This document shows, piece after piece, positions 11,927 through 26,495 of a stretch of 64,000 bases of DNA. Every line of letters starts with the position of its first letter. Within the stretch, counting starts at the first letter, position 1. A program made the position numbers and the translations under genes. Source of the stretch: Octopus sinensis (taxonomy: Eukaryota); NCBI RefSeq assembly GCF_006345805.1, contig NC_043004.1, positions 73,532,001 through 73,596,000 on the forward strand, read 5' to 3'. Under the pieces are notes generated by a model that saw nothing but the letters and a program-made list of their open reading frames with translations, did not search any database and was not told where the DNA came from.

Positions 11927-12696
11927 GTCAACAACATTTAATAGCTGTTTCTATTTTCCCCGAAAACTCTCGACCAAATATAGGTTAACAGTTTCAAAAC
12001 TTTACTCAAATAGACATCTCCTAACAGACGGGATTTAGTTACCGATAGACATTCCGAATTCTAAAATTACTTTCAAGAAATCCATTTGCACTCCATGCCT
12101 GAAACTAATCCCTCATCGGGTTGCATAGGGTGTGAGGAGTGAATACTTGTGAAGCTGTCGTGTTGCAAAACAAAAAAAATAAATAATAAATAAAACTGAA
12201 GAAAACAAAAGGAAAACGAAAAAGAAAAAGAAAAAATATTCATGTCTGATCAGAAGAAAACCAGTTATTGCTGGGAGGTTTTCAATCAACAATGAGTTAA
12301 TGACTTAAAAATTAAATACAGTAATGGGGTTAATGGGTAAATATAAGGTTAACCTAAAAGACGCTAATGGAATCCTGGCTGAGATATCGTCGTCGGCAGT
12401 TTGTTGTTGAATAGAAAAGAGAAATTTCAAGAAATTAGAATAAATTTTAAGACAGACATTGAATGCGTTGAAAATGTTTAAATAAAAGACATGGATGGTT
12501 GGTAATAGAGAAAATAAGAGAAAAACTGGAATACATAAATCACATGTTCGTATATATATGCTTGTATGTATGTGTGTGTTGTGTGTGCTGTGTGTGTGTG
12601 TGTGTATGTGTGTTGAATGGTATGAGTGTGTTGTGTTTGTATGCGTTGCATGTGTTGTGTGTTGTGTGTATGTATATATACTTATATGTATATATG

Positions 12697-12734
<38 letters not shown>

Positions 12735-12772
12735 CGTTTGAATCTATGTATACATACATATATGTACATATA

Positions 12773-12814
<42 letters not shown>

Positions 12815-12857
12815 TATACACTCGCACATACATACACACATACACATACATACATGC

Positions 12858-12889
<32 letters not shown>

Positions 12890-13011
12890 TTACATACATA
12901 CACACACACGCACATTCACACACACGCGCATACGCACGAATTCAGTTTTAGTTATCAATATATATCCGCAACGTGTTGAACACTCCTCTTTTATTCGTTC
13001 TACGTACGCGT

Positions 13012-13618
13012 GTATACATACATACATGCATACATGCATACATGCATACATACATACATGCATACATACATACATACATACATACATACATACATGCATA
13101 CATATATACACACACACACAAACATACATACATACATACATACATGCATACATACATACATAAATACATGCATGCATACATACATACATACATACATACA
13201 TGCATGCATACATACATACATACACACACATACATACATACATACATACATACATACATGCATGCATGCATGCATGCATACATACATACACACATACATA
13301 CATACATACATACATACATACATACATACATGCATGCATGCATGCATACATACATACATACATGCATGCATACATACATACATACATACACACACAAACA
13401 CATACATACACACACACATACATACATACATACATACATGCATACATACATACATACATACATGCATGCATGCATACATACATACATACATACATACATG
13501 CATGCATACATACATACATACATACACACACAAACACATACATGCACACACACACATACATACATACATACACATACATACATACATACATACATACATA
13601 CATACATACATACATACA
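13012..13618. repeat. (TACA)n/(TGCA)n compound tetranucleotide array
   Basis: About 600 bp of CATA/CATG units. Confidence 0.98.
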
Positions 13619-14134
13619 CGCATATTGGATTTACTTGTATGTAAGTCGTTCTCAATTTGCAGTATACTTTGCATAGAAAAATAGGTACAAAGTTTTTGCA
13701 TTCGAAAAATCTTCATAGAAGATAGCACAAGGCCAGGAAGACTTACAGATTTCATTTTATTTCTATTGTTATTCATGGAATTACATAATGAAATGTGCCA
13801 TGAGGTTCAACACATACACTTTTTGTCGTTAATATTTTTTAGTCTATATCTAAGTGGAACATGGTTGAATATGAAATCAGAACATTTTTAGTTCTAATAT
13901 TTCGACCAATCCACTACTTATTCGTTCATATCGTCGAATGTCAGGACAAATACTGCGAGGTATCCTATCCCACATTCTAACGGTGTGTTTACGTCCCCGT
14001 AACTAAGTGGTCCGGCAAAAGACACCGATAGAATAAGTACTAGGCTTGCAAAGAATTGGTACTGGGATCGATGCGTTCGACTAAAGGCGGTGCTCTAGCA
14101 TGGCCGCAGTCAAATGACTAAAACAAATAAAAGA

Positions 14135-14165
<31 letters not shown>

Positions 14166-14466
14166 GTGAGGGACCCCTAGCTATTGCCTCAGCATCCTTC
14201 CAGCAGATGGATACTGATGTAAAACCCTTGGTTACAAGTGATTACTGGTCACCTCATTTGGGCTTCTCAATAGGTACTAAACGCAGACACACATAGAGTG
14301 GTACTTGTGTTGTACAAGCGTTTACCACTGTAATCCAATGATGGACAGACGACTCATTATGGTGACTTCACTTCTCATCCCATCTACTGAAAGTCCTTTG
14401 GCAGTTAACGAGTGTCGATATGTGTTGACCTAACCAGTTGGAAACACGCAGTAATTTACAACATTC

Positions 14467-14700
14467 TTATTTCTTTATTGCCCATAAGGGATTAAACATA
14501 GAGGGGACAAACAAGGACAGACAAACATATTAAGTCGATTACATCGACCCCAGTGCGTAACTGGTACTTATTTAATCGACCCCGAAAGGATGGAAGGCAA
14601 AGTCGACCTCGGCGGAATTTGAACTCAGAACGTAGCGGCAGACGAAATACCGCTTAGCATTTCGCCCGACGTGCTAACGTTTCTGCCAGCTCGCCGCCTT
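14467..14700 (-). mobile_element. SINE family A, full length
   Basis: High similarity to 222-452 and 1953-2186. Confidence 0.88.
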
Positions 14701-15074
14701 ACAACTTAAAGCTTTCTGCTGTCCCCTATGTTTCGAGCCATGAAAAATCTGCAACGCGACTGAATAGTCAACTGAAAGATTAGAAATGCCAATGACACCG
14801 ATGAAGCACATCGAACTAGTAGTCATCTGTGAAGATGGAGCAATCGCCATAAATATATACATGCACGCATGTATGAATGTAGGTATTAAGTAATTGAACA
14901 GTAGGAATTAAGCTCTCAGTTAGCCATAAAATGCAGTCAGCTTCGATTTTCGATTATATCTCTATCGCTATGTCGTTATGCTCTTAGTTACAGCTTTGGT
15001 TTAGATAAGTGGTTCCCAACAGGGGCCATATGAGCCTTGGGGGTCCATATAAGAGTTTGTTGTTAAAATTTGAA

Positions 15075-15485
15075 CAGGAGTGGCTGTGTGGTAAGTAGCT
15101 TGCTTACCAACCACATGGTTCCGGGTTCAGTCCCACTGCGTGGCACCTTGGGCAAGTGTCTTCTACTATAGCCTCGGGCTGACCAAAGCCTTGTGGGTGG
15201 ATTTGGTGGACGGAAACTGAAAGAAGCCTGTCGTATATACATATGTGTGTGTGTGCGCGCGCGTGTGTGTGAGTGTGTGTCTGTGTGTGCGTGTATCTGT
15301 GTTCGTCCCTTACCATCGCTTGACAACCGATGTTAGTGCGTTTACGTCCCCGTAATTTAGCGATTCGGCAAAAGAGACCGATAAAGTTAGTACTAGGCTT
15401 ACAAAGAATAAGTCCTGGGGTCGATTTGCTCGACTAAAGGCGGTGCTCCAGCTACAGTCACATGACTGAAACAAGTAAAAGAGTA
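15075..15485 (+). mobile_element. SINE family B, full length
   Basis: tRNA-like head, CACCTTGGGCAAGTGTC, internal (TG)n, tail GACTGAAACAAGTAAAAGAG. Confidence 0.9.
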
Positions 15486-15920
15486 ATTGTGAAAATATAA
15501 TAAAGTTTTCTTAACCATCGAATGGTTAGTGGGGTCCAGTAAAATAAAATATGAATCAAAGTGATCCATAGATAAAAAATAGTTGAGAACTGCTGATTTA
15601 CATAAATTCTTCCCTGTGGATCAGCCATTCTGTCATAAGCAACAATCCTTGAAAATTCGGTACTTATTGCCGACCTCCTAATATGAACCGACGTGCATAT
15701 AATCAAGAGCATTTTTTAAATACTCTATGAAACATAATCATATTACGCATCTGAACTCAATACTTAATGAACTGATAGATTAATGATAGATCCTGCAGCT
15801 AGCTGTTTTATTAGTGCAAAGTATATTTTGTAATATGATTTAATCTCATTTGATCTGCCTTTAAAGATCTGCTACCGTAGAAATGATTCTTGATAATATA
15901 ATGCAAATACACTTTAGCTT

Positions 15921-16230
15921 GTGGAGGCGCAATGGCCCAGTGGTTAGGGTAGCAGACTCGCGGTCGAAGGATCACGGTCTCGATTCCCAGACCGGGCACT
16001 GAGTGTTTATTGAGCGAAAACACCTAAAGCTCCACGAGGCTCCGGCAGAGGGTGGTGGTGAACCCTGCTATACTCTTTCGCCATAACTTTCTCTCACTCT
16101 TTCTTCCTGTTTCTGTTGTACCTGTATTTCAAAGAGACCAGCCTTGTCACACTCTGTGTCACGCAAAATCTTCTCGAAGACCATGTTACGAGTACACGTG
16201 TCTGTGGAGTGCTCAGCCACTTGCACGTTA
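15921..16230 (+). mobile_element. tRNA-derived SINE, family C
   Basis: GGAGGCGCAATGGCCCAGTGGTTAGGG (A-box-like) ..GGTCTCGATTCCC (B-box-like). Confidence 0.7.
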
Positions 16231-16721
16231 ATAAGCATTTTGCCCGCCGTGCTAACGTTTCTGCCAGCTCGCCGCCTTTTCTTCACACTTTCTGTCAACC
16301 AGATTCACTTACAACGCATTGGTCGGTCCGGAGATAAAGTAGAGGACGCTTGCCCGAGTGCCACACGGTGGGACTGAACACGAAACCACATGGTTCGAAG
16401 CGAACTTCTAAACCACAGCCATTCCTGCGCCTGTATCCAACACAGGGGCGTTTCAATCAGCCGCATTATTGATTCCATCGCAAGGAGAACAAAGTTTTAA
16501 GAAGAAAAGTGAAAATGCGATAAATTTTGTCGGAATCTAAAATAGTTAGAAATGGAGAATTCGTGAAGCGAAATTGGGATTTGAGATTAGCAGGAGGAGA
16601 GTAAGGGGAGAGGGTGATGAGGAGATCTATGTAAATGTGAAGATGGAAATTGAAGGAGATAAGAACAAGGGAAATGAGTAAGGAGGAAGGCGAAGATGGT
16701 CGCAGAGGTGGCAGAAGACAA

Positions 16722-17012
16722 GGAAGAAGAAGAAGAAGAAGAAGAAGAAGAAGAAGAAGAAGAAGAAGAAAAAGAAGAAGAAGAAGAAGAAGAAGAAAAA
16801 AAAAAAGAAGAAGAAGAAGAAGAAGAAGAAAATGAAGAAATGAAGAAGAAGACGACGAAGAAGAAGAAAAAGAAGAAAAGAAGAAGAAGACAAGAAGAAA
16901 ATGAAGAAATGAAGAAGACGACGAAGAAGAAAAAGAAGAAAAGAAGAAGAAGAAGAAGAAGAAGAAGAAGAAGAAGAAGAAGAAGAAGAAGAAGAAAAAA
17001 AGAAGAAGAAAC
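16722..17012. repeat. (GAA)n tract with an internal ~69-bp duplication
   Basis: GAAAATGAAGAAATGAAGAAGACGACGAAG-type segment occurs twice. Confidence 0.95.
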
Positions 17013-17522
17013 TTAAGAAAATGACGACGATGATGATGATGAAAAGAAAGCTCGAAAGAAATAAATAAACGCGCCATTGTGAAAATAATAATCTGATGAA
17101 AATAAAGAGTTGGTGAAAGAGATGTAAAAAGTTTTATTTTTAAATGACAGGATGAGTGAAGAAAGAAGTTATGTGTGTGTGTGTGTTGTGTGTGTGTGGT
17201 GTGTGTGTGTGTGAGTGTGTGTGATATGATGGCGCGGAAGGGGGACGTGAGGGATAATATTTGCAAGTAATTATAGAGCAATAAGTTTAGGGCTTAGTCT
17301 TGCTATTTGGAAACTGATGATATCAATAGTGTTAGTGGTTTGTCTTAAAACACTTAAGAGGAGAGAGAGAGAGTGAGAGAGAGAGAGAGAGTGAGAGAGA
17401 GAGAGAGAGAGTAGGGGGAGAAGATGAAATAAAGTAGAAAATGGTGATGGCGGGCGAAGTGGGAATGAAAGATAAAGAAGCGGAGCGAGAGAAAGACTAG
17501 AAACGATGGGGGAGATAGAAAT

Positions 17523-17553
<31 letters not shown>

Positions 17554-18174
17554 AGGGAAGGAAAGAAGGAAGAAAGGAAGGAAGGAAGGAAGGAAGGGGG
17601 GAGAAAGAAAAGAACAGAGGGTACAGCTTGTTTCTTCTCATATTTGAAGAAAAAAGCGAAACGGGAATGAAGACCAACGAATGACAGATATATTAATCAC
17701 AAGATTAACAAAACAAATAAATAAATAAAAGACAAAGAAAAAAAGAAAGGTAGAAGAAAAGAAAGAAAGAAAGACAGAAAGTAATAGTAAATAAAAAATA
17801 AAAGATGAAAAAAGAAAAAAAAACGCACTGAGTGAATGAATGAATTTGACAACAAAAATATTCGCGAGTTCGTGCCACACACTAAGACCATTGAAAACGT
17901 AAATCTGTTTCATGTAAGACTAATTATAGTAACATGTTTACATTTTTAAACAAAGCGAAAACGTGCTGAAATGAAGAGTACTTCTATCAGAGTGAGTGAG
18001 AGGGAGAGAGGGAGAGAGAGAGAGAGAGAGAAGGATGGAGATAGAGAGGGGGTGAGGAAACCATGAAAGCAACAAAAAAAAGAAAGTACAAATCGTGAGC
18101 ATCCGGTGGAACTTGAACTCATGCAATTTCATTCTGTTTAGTGCTCTCAATAGGATGAACCTTCTTCCAGTATT

Positions 18175-18425
18175 AAATGTTCCTTCTCGAGCCATGCCAG
18201 GCTCATAAGGACTGGTTTTCCGGTTTTAGTGGCGTAGAAATTCCCACCTGGACGGGACGCCGGTCCATCGCAGGATCAACTCATTTTTGCCACCTGAGTG
18301 GACTGGATCAACGTGAAATGAAGTGTTTTGCTCAAGAACACAACGCATCACCCGGTCCAGGAGTCGAAACCACAACCTTACTATCATTAGTTCAACACCC
18401 TAACCACTAAGCCACGCGCCTCCAC
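18175..18425 (-). mobile_element. tRNA-derived SINE with V-domain-like centre (family D)
   Basis: Minus strand GTGGAGGCGCGTGGCTTAGTGGTTAGGG..GGTTTCGACTCC..CCTGCGATGGACCGGCGTCCCGTCCAGG. Confidence 0.75.
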
Positions 18426-19019
18426 TCTTCCAGTATTAGTGTCTTTATAATTCGGAACCGCATCGAAATTTGAGGGTTTTCTTTTTTGTCTTTTTATCCT
18501 AGAACAAGCAGAATTCGCGCGCTGTTGCTTGTGTGTGCTTTGGTCCGCCGAAGATTCGGTTACATCACGAAACGTCTTCCATATTATACTAGTCTGACAG
18601 CGGTGACTTTACAACCAGTTCATTGAGTTATAACAAAGCTGTAACTGGGTCACTTGACATTTTTTATGGTCGACTATTCATTATCCTTTTTATCTTCTTT
18701 TGTTTGTTTCAGTCACTGGACTGCAGTTATGCTGGGTCATCGCCTTCAAGGGCTCTTTTAGTCGAACTTAAACACCCCTAAACACAATTTACACAATCAT
18801 AGACACGCACTCACACACAATAAAACACGCACGCACAAAACGGGCTTCCACACAGTTTTCATCTCTCAAATTCACTCACATTAGTCGGCGTGGGGCTACA
18901 ACAGAAGACACTTGCTCAAGATGCCGCACAATGAGACTGAACTCAAGATTACATAGGTACAAAGCGAAATTATCAATCACGCAGAATTATCATTAATATT
19001 ATTACAAAACTTTTGTTAC

Positions 19020-19276
19020 TTTACTCCTTACTCTTTTACTCTTTTACTTGTTTCAGTCATTTGACTGTGGCCATGCTGGAGCACCACTTTTAGTCGAGCA
19101 AATCGACCCCAGGACTTATTCTTTGTAAGCCTAGTACTTATTCTATCGGTCTATTTTTCTTAACCGCTAAGTTACGGGGGCATAAACACACCAGCATTGG
19201 TTGTCAAGCGATGTTGGGGGGACAAACACAGACACACAGACACAGACACACACACAGACACACACACACACACACA

Positions 19277-19353
<77 letters not shown>

Positions 19354-19515
19354 TACGACGGGCTTCTTTCAGTTTCCGTTTACGAAATCTACTCACAAGG
19401 CTTTGGTCGGCCCGAGGCTATAGTAGAAGACACTTGCCCAAGGTGCCACGGAATGGGACTGAACCCGGAACCATGTTGTTTGTAAGCAAGCTACTTACTA
19501 CACAGCCACTCCTGC
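19020..19515 (-). mobile_element. SINE family B, full length
   Basis: Reverse match to 15075-15485 with repeated GAGTAAAA tail. Confidence 0.9.
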
Positions 19516-20579
19516 TTTCTTGAATGTTTTTGGTGTTTAGTTTAGATTTCGGCTAACGATTAAGCCGGCCCATAACCAAAGGTATTCTTGGTAGCAGTGG
19601 CAGAATCACTAGCGTGTCGGACACGCTGCTTGGCAGCATTTCTTCCTGCTTCATGATCTAGGTTTAAATTCTGCCGAAGTCGATTTTACCTATCAAGGTC
19701 GATAAAGTAAATACTGGTTGAACACTGGGGTCGATGTAATCGATTTACCTCACCACTAAAATTGCTGGCCTTGTGCTAAAATTTGGAAACGTTACTTTCA
19801 TTATTTATCTCTTGTAGGACGGATCCGGTTGTCGACCGTCTTCATCGTAAAGATCGCCCTGTAGCCCTCCTTTGATTGAAATAATTAGATTTTTCCTCTT
19901 CCTTGTGGCTATAGCGAAGAGGTCGTGTGATGGATGAGACTGGAGGGACACCAGACAAACATGCTTAGCAGCATTTCGTCCGTCTTCAAGTTGGTTTTGT
20001 CTTTCATCCTTTCAGAGTTGATAAATTAAGTACCAGTCAATGTAATCAGGTCAATGTAAGGTCAATGTAATCAGATAGCCTTCTCCCCTAAATGTCAGGC
20101 CTTGTACCTATTATAGAAAAGGTTAATATTATTATTTGACCCTGTGTGGTTAAAAATCTTGCTTTGCAACCATATGGTTCTGATTTCGATCCTGCTGCAC
20201 AGCATCTAAGCAGGTATTAATGAATGGCTGATAAGTGGGATTTGGTAGACGGAAAGTGAGCGGAAGTACGTCCGATAGTCCGCGAACTGATCACCAGAGA
20301 AAGCCAGCCGCGCGCTGCTTCTCTAACCTACAAAAACATCCACCTGAAATTAGATATAATTTCACGGTGTTTCAAGATTGAATCTAAAATTTCATTATCC
20401 AATGTATCATTTCGCTTTGAAAGACATTCGGATACGATTTGAAGGCAATTTGGTTGATATTTCTAGCAGACCGAACGATCGCCTAGAGAATCTGGTGTTG
20501 GTACGATGTAGGTTATCAATCAGCTCTACTGTCTCAGGTACATGAACAGTATTCCAATGTTGGCCATGCTACAGATTTA

Positions 20580-20646
<67 letters not shown>

Positions 20647-22446
20647 CCGCTAAAACGTAGCAAATATACGTTAGGCCAAAATTGCTATTTCAGCAAAGAA
20701 AATGTATATACGAAATACGCAGTTGTGTAATACTGGGTCTCGTCATAACTGTAGAAAACTACAGTTAGTTTACATTGCCTAACACATGTAGTTTGTTTTT
20801 GGCAGGTCTTATCATGCAACATTATATATACAAACAATCTTGAAATCTAAATTTCTGTTATGAAATACCTGTCTTCCTTTCTACTCCGGTGTTTAATTTT
20901 AAAATTCTCAGATTTAATCACTCTAACTCACAAGCAATAACAAACACCGTGTACATATGTGTGGTGTTGTATGTATGCGTGCATATATGTATATGTACAC
21001 AATTTCACACACACATACATACACAACCCTACACACGCATGTCCATCACTCGCACTTGCACTCATACACACATACATAAACACAAACGTGCTGATAAATG
21101 TATTTTCACACAGAAACTCAAAGACAAACACAGATTTCCAGTCATAGACATACAGACGTCCGCCAGGTTTTCTAAATAAATACACACCGGAGATGTTAAG
21201 CATGGCCGAATTGCCAAAATATTAGATTTTTAACATTAGCTCAAACTGCTTCATAATAGTAGCTTAAAGAGAAGAAATACAATGCGTGCTCTGTTTCAGG
21301 GGATTACACCACTGGTGGTTTGTTGTTTACGTTGTTATTGAGGTAAACAGTTTAACAGATTAGAGTTGAAATATTCAGGTGTGACCCTCTTGAGATCCTG
21401 CTCTTTTATTTTTCTTTCCTTTGTGGTTTTGTTTTTAATGAAATGCAGCGTAGTGTAAAATAGGAACAAGAATTGTTGCTGTTGTATGTGTGTATGCTTG
21501 AAATGTATGTGCGTGTATGTATGCATGTATGTATTCATGTTTGTATGTATGTATATATGTGTGTGCGTATGCATGAATGTATGTATGCATGTATATTTGT
21601 TCCCAAAGAACCAGTTTACAGAATTAGATGCAAAAGAGTTCGCATGTGTTACATAAGAGTCTTCTTTTCCTAGAGAGAGAGAGAGATCTAAACAAAAATC
21701 TAACGGTCTCTCACTCCCAGCTGTTGGATGCCTGTTGACTCTACTCAGTTCGTCCGCCCTTTGACAGGTTTTGATGTTCATTCTGCCGGCTGTCCAACGA
21801 AAACCAATCTCCTTCGCAAGGAAACTTAATAGTGTTGCCGGTTCCGTCGCCGACAACCCGACCATATGTAATATACGAAGCCTGGTTGTAGCCGAAAAAG
21901 GCGAACATTCAATGAAAAATTCCCCGATGGAATGAAGGCATGTCTCAGCGTGGGTGGCAAGCTTTCTTAACACCTGCTGCAAGAGGCACCTATGGTTACT
22001 ACATCTGTACAAAAAACGTGTTGGTTTTTAAAACAACTGAACAGTTACATCCGTTCAGCTCGTTTAAGAAAACAGGCGATGACATGGCACGACATCGAAC
22101 TGCAGCCATCATATTCACTTTTCTTTTCTTTTTAGAAGTTTGGTACTTATTCTATCGGCCTCATTTTCTTCCGGGGACGTGAACAAACCAACACTGGTTG
22201 TCACGTGCTACTGTGGAACAAAAGAATTACAGACACACACATAAGTGTATATATATACATACGATAAACTTCTTTTTAGTTTCCGCCTATCAAATCTACT
22301 CACAAGGCTTTTAGCCCGCAAACCCCGTGTATTTGCGTGCGTGAGTACACACAGACTCAGACAGACAGACAGAGACACACGCGCGCGCGCATATATGCAT
22401 ATGTATGTATACATTTGTGTCCCGCAGGCAATACGAGGCACGTACA

Positions 22447-22660
22447 AGGCAGCGACACGGCAGAATCGTTAGCACGCCGGGGAAAATGCTTGGTGGCATA
22501 TCGTCCATTTTTACTTTCTGATTTCAAATTCCACCGAGGCCGACTTTGCCTATCATCCTTTCGAGGTCGATAAAAAAAGTACTAGTTGCACACTGAGGTC
22601 GATGTAATCGCCATACATCCTTCGCAAATTTGCTTGCCTTGTGCTGAAATAAGAAGCCAA
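22447..22660 (+). mobile_element. SINE family A, diverged
   Basis: GGCAGAATCGTTAGCACGCCGG..GACTTTGCCTATCATCCTTTCGAGGTCGAT. Confidence 0.75.
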
Positions 22661-23379
22661 TATGAGGCACATACTTGGATAAAACGATAATTATTGAAAA
22701 CCATCAACAATTGCGACAGAAAAGCAGAATACTTCTTTTAGAAACCATAGCACCGAGTGCAGTAGCCCAGCCCAAATGAAAATGCAAAAGAAATATAAAA
22801 ACACAGATCTTAACGGAACATCCAATTGCGGAATACTCCAGATGAAGGACGCATATTTTATAAACAGACGAAACCCAGTTTGAACCTCATGGGATCATTG
22901 GTCCCGTTGAAATGCACATTTAATCCTCTCTTAAAAGTCAATGCTCCCGCATGTTCGATTCGCAGCTTCGCGATTTGAACTCAAGTCCGATAGGTTGACT
23001 GCTAAGAAATACGGAGAGAACAAGCAACAGAACTTACAACACCAACAATATTTTCAGTCGATAGTTATTTTGTTATGTTATTGGTTACTTATCCAATTGT
23101 TTGGTTATACATTCATCCGTTTGCTGGTTATTGTCTTCAGTCTATCGACATATTTGTCGCTCGGTTCCGCATAATTGCATCGACCTGCTACTTAGAGAGA
23201 CACAGAGAGTATGCGAGATCGAAAGATTTAACATAAATAAACTGATATATAAGAAACAACAGATAGATAGCCATAGATACATACATACATAATACATACA
23301 CACACACATATATATATAGGATGAGAAAGAGAGAGAAAGATATGTCGAGAGACAAATTAATATATATATATATATATAC

Positions 23380-23422
<43 letters not shown>

Positions 23423-23524
23423 ATATATATATATCCAAACATGAACAAAGAGGAAAACACAACAACGCGAGGACGTGGAACAAGTATAGTGTTATTGGAC
23501 ACTCAGGAAAGGAAAGAAAGGAGG

Positions 23525-23559
23525 ATTTCACGTTTCGAGCGGAGCTCTTCGTCAGAAAT
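23525..23559 (-). ncRNA. Minimal type I HHR motif with non-cleavable GUG site
   Basis: Minus strand AUUU-CUGACGA-A-GAGC(UCC)GCUC-GAA-ACGU-G-AAAU, inside a short element (~23435-23610) between (TA)n and (GATA)n. Confidence 0.6.
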
Positions 23560-23617
23560 ACAGAAAAAAGGAAAAGTCCAAGGAAGGGAAGACGGAGAAA
23601 GAAAAAGATTGATAGAT

Positions 23618-23710
<93 letters not shown>

Positions 23711-24139
23711 TGAAGTCGATCTTTTCTAATTCATCTGCCTATCTATTGTTATTCCTCGTATTCGTCTTCGCTTCCGATGCTGAGAAAGAGGTGATGTAAC
23801 GTGTTAACAGACAGAGTTTTAAGTTAAACAGTTGTCTTTAACAGGAGTAAACAAATGCATCTCCGAAAAAGTAAGATGAGACAACAAAAGTCAAGCTTAG
23901 AGTCTCTTCATTTACATCTCCTGTCTTGCTTTGTTCTCGCTGTTCTTAAGCAGTCGGTGATGGTTTCAACGTAAACCTGTCTGTCTGTCTGTCAAAATCT
24001 ACTCGTTTTTATGACGAGGTCAATGAGGTTTTAAACAAAACGAAACAGAAATCAGAATCTAAGAGAACCAAAGAGAAACAGAACCGAAGAAAAAAAGACG
24101 AGACTAATTATGTTATTTATTGAACGGTGGTCGTGTATA

Positions 24140-24183
24140 GCTGTTGTTGTGGTTATTGTTGTTGTTGGTAGTGGTGGTGGTGG

Positions 24184-24214
<31 letters not shown>

Positions 24215-24900
24215 GCTGGTGGTGGTGGTGGTGGTGATTGCGGTAGGGATGATGGTTTTGGTGGTCATAGTATGTTGTTGTTGGTGGTGGTGGTGGGAGT
24301 TATTTTTGTGTTGGTGTTGCGGTGGTGGTGGTGGTGGTGGTGGTAATGGAGGTAGTTGTATTGATGTTTTGTTTTTTGTTGCTGTTCTTCGTGGTGGTGG
24401 TGGTGGTAGTATCAATGGAGTTGGTGATGATGATAATGGTGATGAATGATGTGCACGTGGTACTGACAGTAGTATGGTTGTAGTTGTGGTGGTAGAATTA
24501 ATGTTGTTGGTAGTGTTGGTGTTGGTGGTAGTAGATATATTAGTGGTATTGGTGGTGATGATAATGGTGTTGAATGATGCGCTAGTTGTACCGAAAGTAG
24601 TGTGGTGGTGGTGGTGGTGGTGATGGCAGGGGCTATGGTGATCTTGGTGGTGGTGTTGTGGTATTAAGAGGTGGTATTGGGGATAATGAGCAATGGCGGT
24701 AAATGGGATGCTGATGATACTGATAGCATTATGATGGTGATGGTGGTGGTAGCGGTGGTCGACGTTGTGGTTGTAGTAGTGGTTGTGGTGGTGGTCGTCG
24801 TCGTCGTCGTGGTGGTCGTGGTCGTCGTGGTCGTGGTCGTGGTGGTGGTGGTGGTGGCGGTGTGCCGTGGTGGTGGACATCGTGGTCATGAACGTGGTGA
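24140..24900. repeat. (GGT/GTT/GTC)n degenerate trinucleotide region
   Basis: Low-complexity triplet repeats; source of the poly-V/G/H/T ORFs. Confidence 0.9.
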
Positions 24901-25344
24901 AGAGGCGTTAGTGGGTGGTGTTATTGTTGAGAAGAGAGCAATGTAAATAGGTTGGAGGCCTGTTTAGATAGACTACGATGTGACATGCGTTTAAAGGTAC
25001 AAAAGAGAGTTGTTCGAGATTGTAACCAGTACATCTTCATCAACGGGTTATAGACAGCTGTATAATGTCATTGAGTTGGGAGCAACAAGAGCAAAAGCAT
25101 GCTGATATAGAAGAAAGAAAGGGTGAGAGGCAAGGGATAGGGGAGAGAGAAAATTGAATAGAGAGGAAAGCGAGAGAGAGAGAGAGAGAGAGAGGTGTGT
25201 GAAAGGGAGAGAGAAGAAACTGAGGAAAACAAAGATGTTGCAATGAAAGAAAAGGGGGAATGATTAAGAGAAAAAAACTACACGACAGTACTAAGACGAA
25301 CTCATTCAGTTTTGTTGATTTATAAAGGACCCAAAGTTACTCCT

Positions 25345-26040
25345 ATGTATATACATACATACATACATACATGCATGCATGTATGTATGTATGTATGTAT
25401 GTATGTATGTATGTATGTATGTATGTATGCACGTATGTATGTTTGTATGTATGTATGTATGTATGTATGTATGTATGTATGTATGTATGCATGTATGTAT
25501 GTTTGTATGTATGTATGTATGTATGTATGTATGTATGTATGCATGTATGTATGCATGTATGTATGTTTGTATGTATGTATGTATGTATGTATGTATGTAT
25601 GTTTGTATGTATGTATGTTTGTATGTATGTATGTATGCATGCATGTATGTATGTATGTATGTATGTACGTATGTATGCATGCATGTATGTTTGTATGTAT
25701 GTATGTATGTATGTATGTATGTATGTATGTATGCATGTATGTATGTTTGTATGTATGTATGTATGTATGTATGTATGCATGTATGTATGCATGTATGTAT
25801 GTTTGTATGTATGTATGTATGTATGTTTGTATGTATGTATGTTTGTATGTATGTATGTTTGTATGTATGTATGTTTGTATGTATGTATGTATGTATGCAT
25901 GCATGTATGTATGTATGTATGTATGTATGCATGCATGTATGTATGTATGTATGCATGCATGTATGTATGTATGTATGTATGTATGTATGTATGTGTGTAT
26001 GTTTTTATGTATGTATGTATGTATGTATGTATGTGTGTAT
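25345..26040. repeat. (TATG)n compound tetranucleotide array
   Basis: About 700 bp of GTAT/GCAT/GTTT units. Confidence 0.98.
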
Positions 26041-26054
26041 ATGTTCGTGTATTC

Positions 26055-26495
26055 TTTTATACTTTTATTCTTTTACTTGTTTCAGTCATTTGACATGCCG
26101 GAGAATCGCCTTTAGTTGAACAAATCGACCCCAGGAATATTCTTTGTAAGCTTGGTACTTATTCTATTGGTCTTTTTCGCCGAACCGCTAAGTTACGGGG
26201 ACATAAACACACCAGCATTGGTTGTCAAGCAATGTTGGGGGAGCTAACACAGACACACAAACATATACACACATATACATACGCACACATGCATACACAC
26301 ACACACAAACACACACACACATATACATGTATAATATATATGTATATATACGACGTGCTTCTTTCAGTTTCCGTCTACCAAATCCACTCACAAGGCTTTG
26401 GTCACCTCGAGGCTATAGCAGAAGACACTTGCCCAAGGTACCACGCGGTGAGACTGAACCCGGAACCATATGGTTGGTAAGCAAGCTACTTACCA
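26055..26495 (-). mobile_element. SINE family B
   Basis: Reverse match to family B, 5' end slightly truncated. Confidence 0.88.

Noticed and set aside
12305-13776. Long ORFs of 180-260 aa (MYVC/HTYI repeats), also at 25306-26119, 33189-33964, 37072-37807 and 24113-24889
   Set aside because: Translations of microsatellites that lack stop codons; no coding signal
15075-15150. tRNA genes at SINE heads
   Set aside because: A/B-box-like motifs continue into SINE bodies and no complete cloverleaf could be formed
22836-22885. CAGATGAAGGAC..GACGAAACCCAGT as an HHR
   Set aside because: Core mutated and stems I-III do not pair convincingly
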